From an uncultured Candidatus Saccharimonas sp. (GTDB taxonomy: Bacteria > Patescibacteriota > Saccharimonadia > Saccharimonadales > OMJO01): 64,000 bases of DNA. Numbering within the stretch: the first letter of the stretch is position 1; each line of letters starts with the position of its first letter. The notes under the pieces are model-generated. The model was not told the origin of the DNA. It made no database searches and worked only from the letters and a program-made list of their open reading frames with translations. The stretch spans positions 45,483 to 109,482 of the forward strand of contig CALRAM010000001.1 of assembly GCA_943353165.1 (NCBI GenBank), written 5' to 3'. Positions 1 through 9,958 of the stretch are shown here, piece after piece. Position numbers and translations under genes: made by a program.

Positions 1-381
1 TATGAAAGATACGGTTTTGTAGGAGGAACAGAGATTGAAGAGGGGCTAATTAAAATGAACAAAATTATAGAAAAACCTGGAAAAGATTTTGCACCGTCTG
101 ATTTGGCAAGTGTTAGTGGTTACTTGTTCACGCCTTTGATTTTTAAATATTTGCATCAGACAAGTAGTAGTCTGGAGACCGGAAAAGAATTTACAATGCA
201 ACCTTCTATACAAAAAATGATGGATGATGGGCATGATATATTTGGTTTAGAAATTAAAAATGGTAAATTTTACGACACGGGAAACAAACTTGAGTATATA
301 AAAACAGTAGTTGATTTTGCATTAAAACACGAAGACATAAAAGATGATTTTTCAGATTATCTCAAATCATTGTTTGACTGA
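1..381 (+). CDS. galU: UTP--glucose-1-phosphate uridylyltransferase, C-terminal fragment (5' end outside window)
   Basis: Frame 1 is open from nt 1; the C-terminus YDTGNKLEYIKTVVDFALKHEDI matches the GalU C-terminal region (YDCGxKLGY...). Confidence 0.7.
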   Translation, partial: YERYGFVGGTEIEEGLIKMNKIIEKPGKDFAPSDLASVSGYLFTPLIFKYLHQTSSSLETGKEFTMQPSIQKMMDDGHDIFGLEIKNGKFYDTGNKLEYIKTVVDFALKHEDIKDDFSDYLKSLFD

Positions 382-404
382 TTATTGGTGTATAATATCA
401 AATA

Positions 405-692
405 ATGAATCAGCCAGAAAAAATATTGGTTATAATGCTATCGATAACATTATTCCTTCTGCTCATACTGTGCATTTTGGTTGCAATTAAAACGCTACAA
501 ATCCTAAAACGGGTTAAAGCTATAACCGAAAAAACTGAAGATTTAGCGAACAAAGCTGAATCTATAGGCAATATAATGCAGAAATCTGCTGCGACAATGG
601 CATTTACAAGAGTAATAACCAATATCACAGAAAATGCTCTTAAGGCTATGTCAATTAAAAATAATTCAAAGAATAGAAGAAATGAAAAATAA
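405..692 (+). CDS. small membrane protein, DUF948-like (N-terminal TM helix plus coiled region)
   Basis: 95-aa ORF with an N-terminal hydrophobic helix (LVIMLSITLFLLLILCILVAI). It lies next to a YtxH-like gene, as in the Firmicutes ytxG/ytxH pair. Confidence 0.45.
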   Translation: MNQPEKILVIMLSITLFLLLILCILVAIKTLQILKRVKAITEKTEDLANKAESIGNIMQKSAATMAFTRVITNITENALKAMSIKNNSKNRRNEK

Positions 693-1086
693 CACAAAAA
701 AATGGGCACTAGGAGGAATATTATTGGCAAGTACTAGTTATCTTGCAGGTGTATTGACTGCACCGAAAAGCGGAAAATCAACTAGAAGCATAATCAAGAT
801 AAAAACATACAACACTAAAATGACTACAGAAAAACAACTAAAAATTTACTACAGCCAATTAAACGAATTAATCGAAAGTGGTTCTGCTCAAATTAATACA
901 ATAAAACTTGCTTCAGATAAAGATTTGAATGATTTACTTTCAAAAGCCGTAATTACAAAAAATTTGGTCAGAAAAGTTCTAAATGATATACACGATAGAG
1001 GCGCAGATAATGAAAACCTACAAAATGCAGGTGCAGAGGCCAAAAAGTCTATACAATATTTGAAAAAGTATATTTCTAGTAAATAG
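682..1086 (+). CDS. YtxH-domain protein
   Basis: Motif WALGGILLASTSYLAGVLTAPKSGKSTR matches the GxxxGxxxG...APKSGKETR YtxH signature. Start moved to the internal ATG at 682. Confidence 0.55.
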   Translation: MKNNTKKWALGGILLASTSYLAGVLTAPKSGKSTRSIIKIKTYNTKMTTEKQLKIYYSQLNELIESGSAQINTIKLASDKDLNDLLSKAVITKNLVRKVLNDIHDRGADNENLQNAGAEAKKSIQYLKKYISSK

Positions 1087-1167
1087 TTTTTGTTGTAATT
1101 ATTAGCGTCGCGATATGCAGGTAACTACTCTACAATAAGAGTTGTTAATATTTGAGGATAATAAGAG

Positions 1168-4100
1168 TTGAAAACAAATAGTTTAAACCCAAGTGACTAT
1201 GTGCATTTGCATAATCATACCCAGTACAGTTTGTTAGATGGCCTAACAAAAGTTCCTGCCTTAATGGATTTTATAAAAGAAAAAGGCATGAAAGCTGTCG
1301 CAATAACTGATCATGGGACTTTATCAGGTCTTATTGAATTTTATAAAGAAGCAAAATCTTCAAGACTAAAGCCTATTTTAGGAATAGAGACATACGTCGC
1401 ACCAAGATTACATACAGATAAAGACCCAGCAAAGGATAAATTAAATAATCACTTGATTATTTTAGCCATGAACCAGCAGGGTTACCGTAATCTCATGAGG
1501 CTAAGCACCATAGCTAACCTAGATGGGTTTTATTACAAACCCAGAATAGACCATAATTTATTAGAAAAATATAATGAGGGTTTAATAGTCCTTAGTGGTT
1601 GTATTGGTGGTGAAGTAGGAGACGCGCTTCGACAAGATCAATATGATGCAGCAAAAAAAACTGCCCAATGGTACAAAAAAGTTTTTGGCGACAGATATTA
1701 TCTAGAGATTCAAGACCATGGGCATAAGCTTCACCCAAAGAGCTGGAAAGAACAAGTTAAAGTTACAGAAAGTACCTTCAGGCTTGCCAAAGAACTTGAA
1801 ATACAAGCAGTTTTAACATGTGACGCTCATTATTTGAAACATGAAGACCAGCAAGCTCATGAGATATTATTGTGTGTTCAGACTGGTTCTTTTTTAACTG
1901 ACGAGAAAAGAATGTCTTTGAAAGATTTTGATTTAAATGTAGTAGATCCAGTCGATCTAATTAAACGATGGGGTAGTTCCAATCCAGAAATAATTACTAA
2001 TTCTTTAGTAATAGCAGAAAGATGTAACGTAAGTTTAGACTTTGGAAAGATATTAATCCCAAAATTTGACTTGCCTAAAAATGAAACAGAAAAAACGTTT
2101 ATGGACAGATTGGTGTATCAAGGATTAACTAACAGATATGCAAATATATCCGAAAAAAAATCTGAAAAGATGTCAATAGAAGAAGCAAAAAAATTATTGC
2201 CAAAAAAAGTTTTGTCTAGAGCATCGTACGAAATGTCAGTTATAGATAAAATGGGATTTAACGGCTATTTTTTGATTATTGCTGACTTTATAAAATGGGG
2301 AAAATCGCAACGCATAGTATTTGGACCTGGACGGGGCTCGGCCGCTGGATCAATAATCGCATATGCGCTAAAGATTACAGAGTTAGACCCTTTAGAATAC
2401 GATTTATTGTTCGAGCGTTTCCTAAATCCTGACCGTATATCTATGCCAGATATTGATATTGATATCCAAGACAACAGAAGAGATGAAGTTATAAAGTATT
2501 GTATACAAAAGTATGGAGAAAATAGGGTCGCCAATATAGTCACATTCGGTCGTATGGCAGCTAGAAATGCCGTCAGAGACGTCGCTAGAGTCTTGCAAGT
2601 ACCTTATGCAGATGCTGATAGGTGGTCAAAAATGATTCCCGCACCAATCCAAGGCAGGCATATACCTTTGAGCAAATCTTTAACTGCCGACAAAGACCTA
2701 AAACAAGTATACGAAAATGACGATCAAGCTAAAATTGTTTTTGATTTGGCAATTCAGATGGAGGGGACTATCAGAAGTCATGGTGTTCACGCAGCTGGAG
2801 TGGTGATTGCGCCAGACGATATAGTTTTGTTCGTACCACTAGAAAAAGCTCAAAAAGGCGTTGTTGCCACTCAGTACCCGATGGGTCCAATAGAGGATTT
2901 AGGTTTGCTAAAGATGGATTTTTTGGGATTATCAAACTTGACTACTATAAACAACGCGCTAAGAATTATCAAAAAAGTCTACAATAAGAGCATAGACATA
3001 AATACAATACCTCTTGACGATTTGAAAACTTACCAATTATTGCAGAGGGGCGACACTACAGGTATATTCCAATTTGAATCTCAAGGTATGAAAAGGTACC
3101 TAAAGGACCTAAAGCCAACTGTTTTTGATGACATTATAGCCATGGGCGCCCTATACAGGCCTGGTCCACTAGGCGCAGGCCTAACGCAGCGTTTTATAGA
3201 CAGAAAAAACGGAAAAGAAAAAATAGAATATGCCCACAAAAGCATGCGTTCGGCTCTCGGTTCTACCTACGGAGTTTTGGTATATCAAGAACAAGTTATG
3301 CGTATAGCCAAAGATATGTGTGGTTTTAGCGGAGGTGATGCTGATACCCTGAGAAAAGCCATAGGAAAGAAAAAAAGAGATGTTATGGCTAAAATGAAAG
3401 AGCAATTCATAACCGGTGCAATAGAAAAATCAAATGTTGATCGTGATTTTGTGGAAAAATTCTGGAAGGACCTTGAGGGGTTCGCCGATTATGCTTTCAA
3501 TAAATCTCACTCTGCTTGCTACGGACTTATTTCTTACCAGACAGCTTATTTAAAAGCGCATTACCCAGCTGCATATATGGCTTCTTTAATGACTAGCGAT
3601 TATGACGATACAGATAGGTTGGCTATAGAAATAACAGAATGCAAAAAAATTGGCATAGACGTTCTAGCGCCAGACATAAATGAGTCTTTTTTAGAATTTG
3701 CCGTTGTTCCAAAAGAAAAACAAATAAGGTTTGGCTTAGCCGCCATAAAAAATGTAGGTGCTGGCGCAGTTGATGAAATACTAAATGTCAGACCAACTGA
3801 AGGTTTCAAGAATTTACAAGACTTTTTTTCTAAAGTTAATAACAGGATTATTAATCGAAAAGTACTGGAGAGTTTAATTAAATCTGGTGCATTTGACAGA
3901 TTTGGCGAACGTAGCTTTCACCTAGCAAATTTAGATATATATATTTCGTATGCCTCTAGAAAACAAAAACAATTTTCTAGTGGTCAAACTGACTTATTTG
4001 GAAATTTGCTAGAGGAAACAACAGATTCATTACCTCAGCTAAAACTAGACTATACTGCGCAACCTATACCACTACGGGAACAATTAATGTGGGAACGTGA

Positions 4101-4800
4101 ACTACTAGGACTGTATCTAAGCCAGCATCCATTAAAGGCATTTGAAGGCGTTTTATCAGAATACACAGTTCCATTGAACACTCTAAGTTCTGAACATGAC
4201 AACAAATCTGTGAGCGTAGGAGGAAGCATTGTAGAAATAAGAGAAATTACTACAAAAAATGGGCAAAAGATGGCTTTTGTAAAAATTGCAGATCAGTTCA
4301 AAGATATTGAATTGGTTTTATTTCCTGGCATATACCAACAAACTACTGGAATATGGGAACGCGATAGAGTAGTTATAGCGAAAGGAAAGATTAACGCAAA
4401 AGATAGGAATGGTCAAAAGGGTGACGAACTAAAAATATTAGTTGAAGATGTCAGAGAGGTTACACACGAGCAAGCCGCTGCATACGAAACTACAGGTAAA
4501 AAAATAAAAACTCCAAAACCTTCTAAACTATCAAAAAAAGTTATTACAGAAAAATCACATTCAGAATCAGAAAAAACTAAGAGACTGTATCTAAAACTTG
4601 AGAACAGTAACGATCAAAAAAAACTTTTAGACCTAAAGATTCTACTAGATAAAAATGTTGGTCAAACGGAAGTTGTTTTGGTTTTAGGAGATAGTGCCAA
4701 TAAGCAAATTATTAGATTACCAGTCCGTGTTGATTCTACGAGGGATACTTTGAATCTATTTGGTGCGACAATCGGAAAAGAAAATGTAATCTTGCAGTAA
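1168..4800 (+). CDS. dnaE: DNA polymerase III alpha subunit
   Basis: 1210 aa. PHP domain HLHNHTQYSLLDG, polymerase core motifs and an OB-fold C-terminus. TTG start with GAGGA about 9 nt upstream. Confidence 0.95.
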   Translation: MKTNSLNPSDYVHLHNHTQYSLLDGLTKVPALMDFIKEKGMKAVAITDHGTLSGLIEFYKEAKSSRLKPILGIETYVAPRLHTDKDPAKDKLNNHLIILAMNQQGYRNLMRLSTIANLDGFYYKPRIDHNLLEKYNEGLIVLSGCIGGEVGDALRQDQYDAAKKTAQWYKKVFGDRYYLEIQDHGHKLHPKSWKEQVKVTESTFRLAKELEIQAVLTCDAHYLKHEDQQAHEILLCVQTGSFLTDEKRMSLKDFDLNVVDPVDLIKRWGSSNPEIITNSLVIAERCNVSLDFGKILIPKFDLPKNETEKTFMDRLVYQGLTNRYANISEKKSEKMSIEEAKKLLPKKVLSRASYEMSVIDKMGFNGYFLIIADFIKWGKSQRIVFGPGRGSAAGSIIAYALKITELDPLEYDLLFERFLNPDRISMPDIDIDIQDNRRDEVIKYCIQKYGENRVANIVTFGRMAARNAVRDVARVLQVPYADADRWSKMIPAPIQGRHIPLSKSLTADKDLKQVYENDDQAKIVFDLAIQMEGTIRSHGVHAAGVVIAPDDIVLFVPLEKAQKGVVATQYPMGPIEDLGLLKMDFLGLSNLTTINNALRIIKKVYNKSIDINTIPLDDLKTYQLLQRGDTTGIFQFESQGMKRYLKDLKPTVFDDIIAMGALYRPGPLGAGLTQRFIDRKNGKEKIEYAHKSMRSALGSTYGVLVYQEQVMRIAKDMCGFSGGDADTLRKAIGKKKRDVMAKMKEQFITGAIEKSNVDRDFVEKFWKDLEGFADYAFNKSHSACYGLISYQTAYLKAHYPAAYMASLMTSDYDDTDRLAIEITECKKIGIDVLAPDINESFLEFAVVPKEKQIRFGLAAIKNVGAGAVDEILNVRPTEGFKNLQDFFSKVNNRIINRKVLESLIKSGAFDRFGERSFHLANLDIYISYASRKQKQFSSGQTDLFGNLLEETTDSLPQLKLDYTAQPIPLREQLMWERELLGLYLSQHPLKAFEGVLSEYTVPLNTLSSEHDNKSVSVGGSIVEIREITTKNGQKMAFVKIADQFKDIELVLFPGIYQQTTGIWERDRVVIAKGKINAKDRNGQKGDELKILVEDVREVTHEQAAAYETTGKKIKTPKPSKLSKKVITEKSHSESEKTKRLYLKLENSNDQKKLLDLKILLDKNVGQTEVVLVLGDSANKQIIRLPVRVDSTRDTLNLFGATIGKENVILQ

Positions 4801-4802
4801 GG

Positions 4803-5687
4803 TTATTTAATTACTCCAGTTGTTGTGCTAAGAATAAAGCCAGCCAGTATTATTAGTAGTAATAATAGGTCAAATAGGGGATGTTTCATTAGAAATTTAC
4901 GACTACTTTTTATACTTAATTTTATGTTCCATGAATGTTTTAGTAATAATAGTAATAACCCTAGCGCTGTTATTATCCCAACAAGAAATGATATCCAAGG
5001 AGTTTTTCCTTTCGTAAGCTCTTGGGCTTTTGTTATATTTTGTTGAGTCGTAGCGATGTAAATGCTATTTTTTGTGCTTGATGATAGCGTAGGTTTAATA
5101 GTTTCTACAGAAGGCTGACCAAAGAAGGCAACTATTATAGTTTGGGGGCCTTTATCCCCAAAATTTGCACTTTTAGCAAATCCAAAACCTACTTCTGTGA
5201 ATACGCTACTTAGTAAAACATCTTTGTGGGTCTGGCTGTTCATCCAGCCGTATATGACGTTTTTACTAGTAGAAAAACCATAAGCTAGGTTTTCGCCAGC
5301 AGTATTATAAAGATATCCGGTTTCTTTTATGAATAACCATGGTTGTTGGCCATCTGGTGTTTCGTGGGACCAGTAATTTCTGGCGACCATATCATTGGCT
5401 TTGTTTTGGGCTGCTGTATTAAGTTTTGCGTTTAGTGTCAGATCTTTTTGACCAACTAGATTGCGTTGCGCATTTGTGGCTTGTAGGAGAGTCGTGTCTT
5501 TAGCATCTATAGTATAAGAAAGAACACTATGTCTTGGAAGTTTGTTGGTGTGTATTCCTCCAAAATATAATCCAAAAACTGATATGAGCAAAATTGGTAT
5601 GTACGGCCAGTAAGCTTTTAGGTATGGCTTTGTATGTTTATGTTTTGGAGATTTTACGTGATGTTTACGTATTATTTTTACAGGCAT
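4803..5687 (-). CDS. CAP/SCP (PR-1-like) domain protein with N- and C-terminal TM segments
   Basis: CAP-family signatures NYWSHETPDG...GENLAYGF...WMNSQTHKDVLLS...EVGFG. Hydrophobic stretches at both ends. Confidence 0.7.
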   Translation of the reverse strand: MPVKIIRKHHVKSPKHKHTKPYLKAYWPYIPILLISVFGLYFGGIHTNKLPRHSVLSYTIDAKDTTLLQATNAQRNLVGQKDLTLNAKLNTAAQNKANDMVARNYWSHETPDGQQPWLFIKETGYLYNTAGENLAYGFSTSKNVIYGWMNSQTHKDVLLSSVFTEVGFGFAKSANFGDKGPQTIIVAFFGQPSVETIKPTLSSSTKNSIYIATTQQNITKAQELTKGKTPWISFLVGIITALGLLLLLLKHSWNIKLSIKSSRKFLMKHPLFDLLLLLIILAGFILSTTTGVIK

Positions 5688-5710
5688 AAGCTTATTTTAT
5701 CACGCTTCTG

Positions 5711-6226
5711 TTAGAAAATTTGTAGATCTTCTTTATAGAACCTGGTGTGATACAGAGCCATAGCTGCCGCCTGGACGACATTGAACGATTCTTTTTTGCC
5801 TAACATTGGTATTTGTATAAAGTATTCTGCTTGATCGAGAATGTCGCTTTGTAGGCCTTCTACTTCGCTACCTAAAATAATAGCTAATTTTTTTGGCGGA
5901 ATAAAATTATTTAAACTGATAGATTTTTTTGTTTGCTCTAGTGCGCAAATTTTGTATTTTTCTAATACTAGCTTTTTTAGGAGGCTATTAATATCTTTGT
6001 GTTCCCATTTAATTGAGTATTCAGCACCCAACGAAGTTTTGTTGATTTGTTTTGATATTTTGCTTATTATATGCGGCAATCGTGTATCCGCAGAGGCTTT
6101 TGGGTAAGGAGTGTAGCCAGTTAAATATACAGTGTCTATTCCCAGACCTTCAGCTGTCCGCAACAAAGAACCTACATTGTGGCAGCTCCTAAGGTTATGA
6201 GCAATTACTACTATATTTCTTTCCAT
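5711..6226 (-). CDS. SpoU/TrmH-family RNA 2'-O-methyltransferase
   Basis: 171 aa. VVIAHNLRSCHNVGSLLRTAEGLG and C-terminal SPOUT motifs (LGSEVEGL...ESFNVVQAAAMALY). Confidence 0.8.
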   Translation of the reverse strand: MERNIVVIAHNLRSCHNVGSLLRTAEGLGIDTVYLTGYTPYPKASADTRLPHIISKISKQINKTSLGAEYSIKWEHKDINSLLKKLVLEKYKICALEQTKKSISLNNFIPPKKLAIILGSEVEGLQSDILDQAEYFIQIPMLGKKESFNVVQAAAMALYHTRFYKEDLQIF

Positions 6227-6270
6227 TTATTATATCGTAGCAGAAATTATAAATTTTCCTTGCTTATGGT

Positions 6271-6276
6271 TATAAT
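6271..6276 (+). promoter_or_regulatory. -10 box TATAAT about 9 nt upstream of the pilB-like ATG (leaderless-type promoter)
   Basis: TGGTTATAAT directly precedes the ATG at 6286 with no SD. Confidence 0.35.
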
Positions 6277-6285
6277 AGATACTAT

Positions 6286-7893
6286 ATGTCACAAGATGCA
6301 CGTCAAGATGAAGAAATAGCAACTTTCAGGCGCTCCCGTATACTGGGGCTCCCCTATATAAATACTAGTCAGATAGCTAACAAGACATTGTACAAGGAAG
6401 TCCTAAGCTTAAAAGAGCTCTATGACTTCAAGGTTATACCAATTGTTTACGACCAACACCATATCAGCTTTGGGATTGTAAACACAACTTCACAACAATC
6501 TATAAATAGTTTTCGACAAAGGTTTGAAGACCAACAAATTATATTTAGTTTGATATCAGATACTGGATACCGCGAATACATGAAACTTTATGATCCTCCT
6601 AAGGCTGTTGTATACGAAGATATTTCGCTAAATAGAGCAGGCAACCAAGATCTTCAAAAATCGGTTTCAGCCACCCTAGAACAAGTTAGGGCAGATGACG
6701 TTTTGGCCTATTTGGTACAGCAAGCTCACCAACTTAACTCTTCAGATATTCATCTAGAAAACCAAAAAGAATTTATCCGTATTCGGTTTCGAATTGACGG
6801 AGTTCTTCATCCAATAGCTCAGCTAAGCCGTGATAAATATAGGGTTTTGATTGCTGCAATTGCCAGCGCAGGTAATGTGTCTACATCTTCTGATGATGCG
6901 CAACAAGGGCACATAGCTACTACCGCTAAAATGGCTGACGGCAAAACAGTTGACGTAAATGTAAGGCTAGAGACGGTTCCAACCATCAACGGCATGGACG
7001 TTGTTATGAGATTGTTTAATATGAATCAATCAATGTACACACTAGACCGACTGGGCTTGTCCGTAACAGAAAGAAAAACGATAGACGAGATAATTTCGCG
7101 TCCATCTGGTTTAGTTTTAGTTGTAGGCCCAACTGGTTCAGGCAAAACAACTACCTTGTACTCAATGTTAAATACACTAAACACTGAAGAGAGAAAAATA
7201 ATAACCATTGAAGACCCTGTAGAATATCAATTTGCTGGCATTACTCAGATTTCTGTTACTACTCAGACAAACACCCAAAATAATTTTGCCGATAAGCTTC
7301 GAGCAGTATTAAGGCTAGACCCCGACATTGTCATGATAGGAGAGATTCGTGATAATGATACTGCTAAAACAGCATTACAAGCATCATTGACTGGTCATTT
7401 GGTACTATCAACTTTTCACGCTTCTTCTGCTGCTGCTGCCTTGACTAGAATGATGGATGTAATAGGAGCTAATCCGCTCTTTGTCTCTGCTATACGGCTA
7501 GTAATGGCACAGCGCCTTGTACGTAGGCTCGACGACAAGACAAAACAGCCTTATGATCCCGATGAAGCTACAAAAGCAAAGATAAAAGCTATTATAGATA
7601 CTTTTCCAGAAGGCATAGAAAGACCAGATCTATCGGTACTAAAATTATATAAAGCAGGCAAATCAAACGAAAATCCTTATGGTTTTGCTGGTCAGATAGC
7701 TATAAGAGAACAGTTCCGAATGACAGGCGAGATAAGGCAAATAATGGAACATTCCGACCACGTGCTTTCTTCACAAGATATAGAAGCGGCAGCTGTCAAA
7801 AGTGGAATGATGACGATGATTCAGGACGGGGTTTTAAAGGTGTGTCAAGGTTTGACAACTGTCGAAGAAGTATTCAAAGTCGTTGGCTTGTGA
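6286..7893 (+). CDS. type IV pilus / type II secretion assembly ATPase (PilB/GspE family)
   Basis: Walker A LVLVVGPTGSGKTTTLYS, Asp box IITIEDPVEY, His box DIVMIGEIRD, and a C-terminal region typical of GspE. Confidence 0.85.
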   Translation: MSQDARQDEEIATFRRSRILGLPYINTSQIANKTLYKEVLSLKELYDFKVIPIVYDQHHISFGIVNTTSQQSINSFRQRFEDQQIIFSLISDTGYREYMKLYDPPKAVVYEDISLNRAGNQDLQKSVSATLEQVRADDVLAYLVQQAHQLNSSDIHLENQKEFIRIRFRIDGVLHPIAQLSRDKYRVLIAAIASAGNVSTSSDDAQQGHIATTAKMADGKTVDVNVRLETVPTINGMDVVMRLFNMNQSMYTLDRLGLSVTERKTIDEIISRPSGLVLVVGPTGSGKTTTLYSMLNTLNTEERKIITIEDPVEYQFAGITQISVTTQTNTQNNFADKLRAVLRLDPDIVMIGEIRDNDTAKTALQASLTGHLVLSTFHASSAAAALTRMMDVIGANPLFVSAIRLVMAQRLVRRLDDKTKQPYDPDEATKAKIKAIIDTFPEGIERPDLSVLKLYKAGKSNENPYGFAGQIAIREQFRMTGEIRQIMEHSDHVLSSQDIEAAAVKSGMMTMIQDGVLKVCQGLTTVEEVFKVVGL

Positions 7894-7895
7894 AA

Positions 7896-9029
7896 CTAAC
7901 GAATAACGTCTGAAATAACATCAACAAGTCTGCTGTCCATCACAGATGGAATTATTTCGTCTGTAGTTGGGTTTTCTATTAGAGAGGCTATTGCTTCGGC
8001 TGCTGCAATTTTGTGAGCATCATTTATCTCGTTAACTTTGTTATCCAATGCTCCACGAAATATTCCAGGAAACGCTAGGGCGTTGTTTATCTGATTAGGA
8101 AAATCACTTCGTCCCGTTGCCATGACCGCTACACCTGCCTTGTTGGCTTCCTCCGGCATGATTTCAGGTATTGGGTTTGCCATGGCAAAAACAATGGGGT
8201 CTTTGGCCATTAATTTTATCAGCCTAGGAGTCAATAATCCGGGCTGAGAAACTCCTATAAAAATATCTGCATTTACCAGCGCATCTTCTAGTGCTCCTGA
8301 TAGGTTGGTTTTGTTTGTGTATTTGTGTAGTTTTTTCTTTTCTGGATGCAGGTTGTCCCTAGATCTACTTATAATTCCGACACTGTCTACAGCAACTATG
8401 TTTGGGTTTGCGTACAGGTGTAGCAGCTTTATTATTGCCGTACCAGCCGCTCCAGCACCAACTACAACTACATGGCAATCCTGTAACTTTCTGCCAGTCA
8501 CCTTCGCTGCATTTATTAATCCAGCCAAAACAACTATTGCCGTGCCGTGTTGATCATCGTGCATCACGGGTATGTCTAGGTCTGCAATTAATCTTTCTTC
8601 AACTTCAAAACAAATGGGTGCAGCTATATCTTCTAGGTTTATACCGCCAAAGCTAGGTGCAATTGCTTTGACTGCCGAAACAATTTCGTCAGCAGTATGA
8701 ACGTTTAGAACAATCGGAACGGCATCTATGCCTGCGAAATGCTTGAATAGCATAGATTTGCCTTCCATTACTGGCAGTGCACCATATGGTCCAATGTTTC
8801 CTAGTCCCAGCACTGCGGAACCGTCGCTGATAACTGCTACATTGTTATTTAGCCATGTGTAATCTCTGGTTTCATCAGGATGCTCGGCCACATAAGTAGA
8901 TACAGCTGCTACTCCAGGAGTGTAATAGATGCTGAGTTTTTCTTTTGTGTCAGGTGTATCTCTTAACGATACAGAAATCTTTCCTTTTAGAAGTTTGTGT
9001 TTTGCTAATGATTTTTCGGCATAATCCAT
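7896..9029 (-). CDS. NAD(P)-dependent malic enzyme (short form)
   Basis: YTPGVAAV...AVISDGSAVLGLGNIGP...DIAAP...HDDQHGTAIV...VVVGAGAAGTA. Start trimmed to the internal ATG (MDYAEK) to avoid overlap with rplS. Confidence 0.85.
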   Translation of the reverse strand: MDYAEKSLAKHKLLKGKISVSLRDTPDTKEKLSIYYTPGVAAVSTYVAEHPDETRDYTWLNNNVAVISDGSAVLGLGNIGPYGALPVMEGKSMLFKHFAGIDAVPIVLNVHTADEIVSAVKAIAPSFGGINLEDIAAPICFEVEERLIADLDIPVMHDDQHGTAIVVLAGLINAAKVTGRKLQDCHVVVVGAGAAGTAIIKLLHLYANPNIVAVDSVGIISRSRDNLHPEKKKLHKYTNKTNLSGALEDALVNADIFIGVSQPGLLTPRLIKLMAKDPIVFAMANPIPEIMPEEANKAGVAVMATGRSDFPNQINNALAFPGIFRGALDNKVNEINDAHKIAAAEAIASLIENPTTDEIIPSVMDSRLVDVISDVIR

Positions 9030-9084
9030 GTATATATTGTAAACCATTGACCAAATACGCGAAACAGTGTAATATTTACAGGTT

Positions 9085-9600
9085 ATGCAATCTGTTATAC
9101 AAGAAATAGAATCCAGATACAAAAAAACACAAGTCGTAGACGTAAGGTCTGGCGACACTGTAAAAGTACACCAGAAAATTAGAGAAGGAAATAAAGAGCG
9201 TGTTCAGATATTCCAAGGACTAGTTATTCGTACTGACAACAAAGGTAGTCATACTAGTCGTATCACCGTCAGGCGAGTTGCTAACGGTGTAGGTGTAGAA
9301 AAAAGTTTTCTGATGCACAGCCCTTTAGTTTTAAAAGTAGAAGTTACCAAAAGAAGCAAAGTTCGTCGTAATTATCTAAGTTATATGCGTAAGCTTACTG
9401 GCAAATCTGCTCGACTTAGCGGAGTTAGCTTTGATAACGAAGCGGTAAACTCTATTGTTGACGAAAAAGCTGAAAAAGAAGAGCATGATTTGCATGAAAA
9501 AGTTGCAATTCAAGCAGAAGCCAAACTAGCAGCTGAGGCTGACGAAAAAGCCAAAAATGATGCTGCGAATGACGCTGTATTAGCTTCTCGCGAAAAATAA
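9085..9600 (+). CDS. rplS: 50S ribosomal protein L19 with Lys/Ala/Glu-rich C-terminal extension
   Basis: QVVDVRSGDTVKVHQKIREGNKERVQIFQGLVI...RRVANGVGVEK. A -10-like TAATAT sits about 9 nt before the ATG. Confidence 0.9.
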   Translation: MQSVIQEIESRYKKTQVVDVRSGDTVKVHQKIREGNKERVQIFQGLVIRTDNKGSHTSRITVRRVANGVGVEKSFLMHSPLVLKVEVTKRSKVRRNYLSYMRKLTGKSARLSGVSFDNEAVNSIVDEKAEKEEHDLHEKVAIQAEAKLAAEADEKAKNDAANDAVLASREK

Positions 9601-9601
9601 A

Positions 9602-9958
9602 ATGAACACGGGTATGAACACAACTTCTGCTGGTAATAGAGCAGAAGATAAAGCATGCCAATTTTTATCTAGCAAAGGCTACAAGGTTTTGCAAAGAAAC
9701 TGGAGAACCAAGCTATGCGAGATAGATATTATCGCAACAAAAGACAAAGAAGTTTTTTTTGTCGAGGTTAAATACAGAAATCAATCTGCTCAGGGCAGGG
9801 GTCTGGATTACATTACAACAAAAAAACAAAAACAGATGAAATTTGCTGCACAGTTATGGGTTCACGAATTTAAATGGTTAGAAGATTATAGCCTAGCAGC
9901 TATTGAAATTAGTGGAGAGGAATTAAATGTTACTGCGTTTGAAGAAGTAATACTCTAA
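9602..9958 (+). CDS. YraN-family (UPF0102) endonuclease
   Basis: GNRAEDKACQFLSSKGYKVLQRNWRTKLCEIDIIA matches the YraN signature. Confidence 0.75.
   Translation: MNTGMNTTSAGNRAEDKACQFLSSKGYKVLQRNWRTKLCEIDIIATKDKEVFFVEVKYRNQSAQGRGLDYITTKKQKQMKFAAQLWVHEFKWLEDYSLAAIEISGEELNVTAFEEVIL

Noticed and set aside
6227-6285. Leaderless-type -10 for the SpoU methyltransferase on the - strand (TATAAT 2 nt from the ATG)
   Set aside because: A -10 box only 2 nt from the start codon would place the TSS inside the coding sequence. A second TATAAT about 19 nt upstream is more plausible, but neither was strong enough to annotate.
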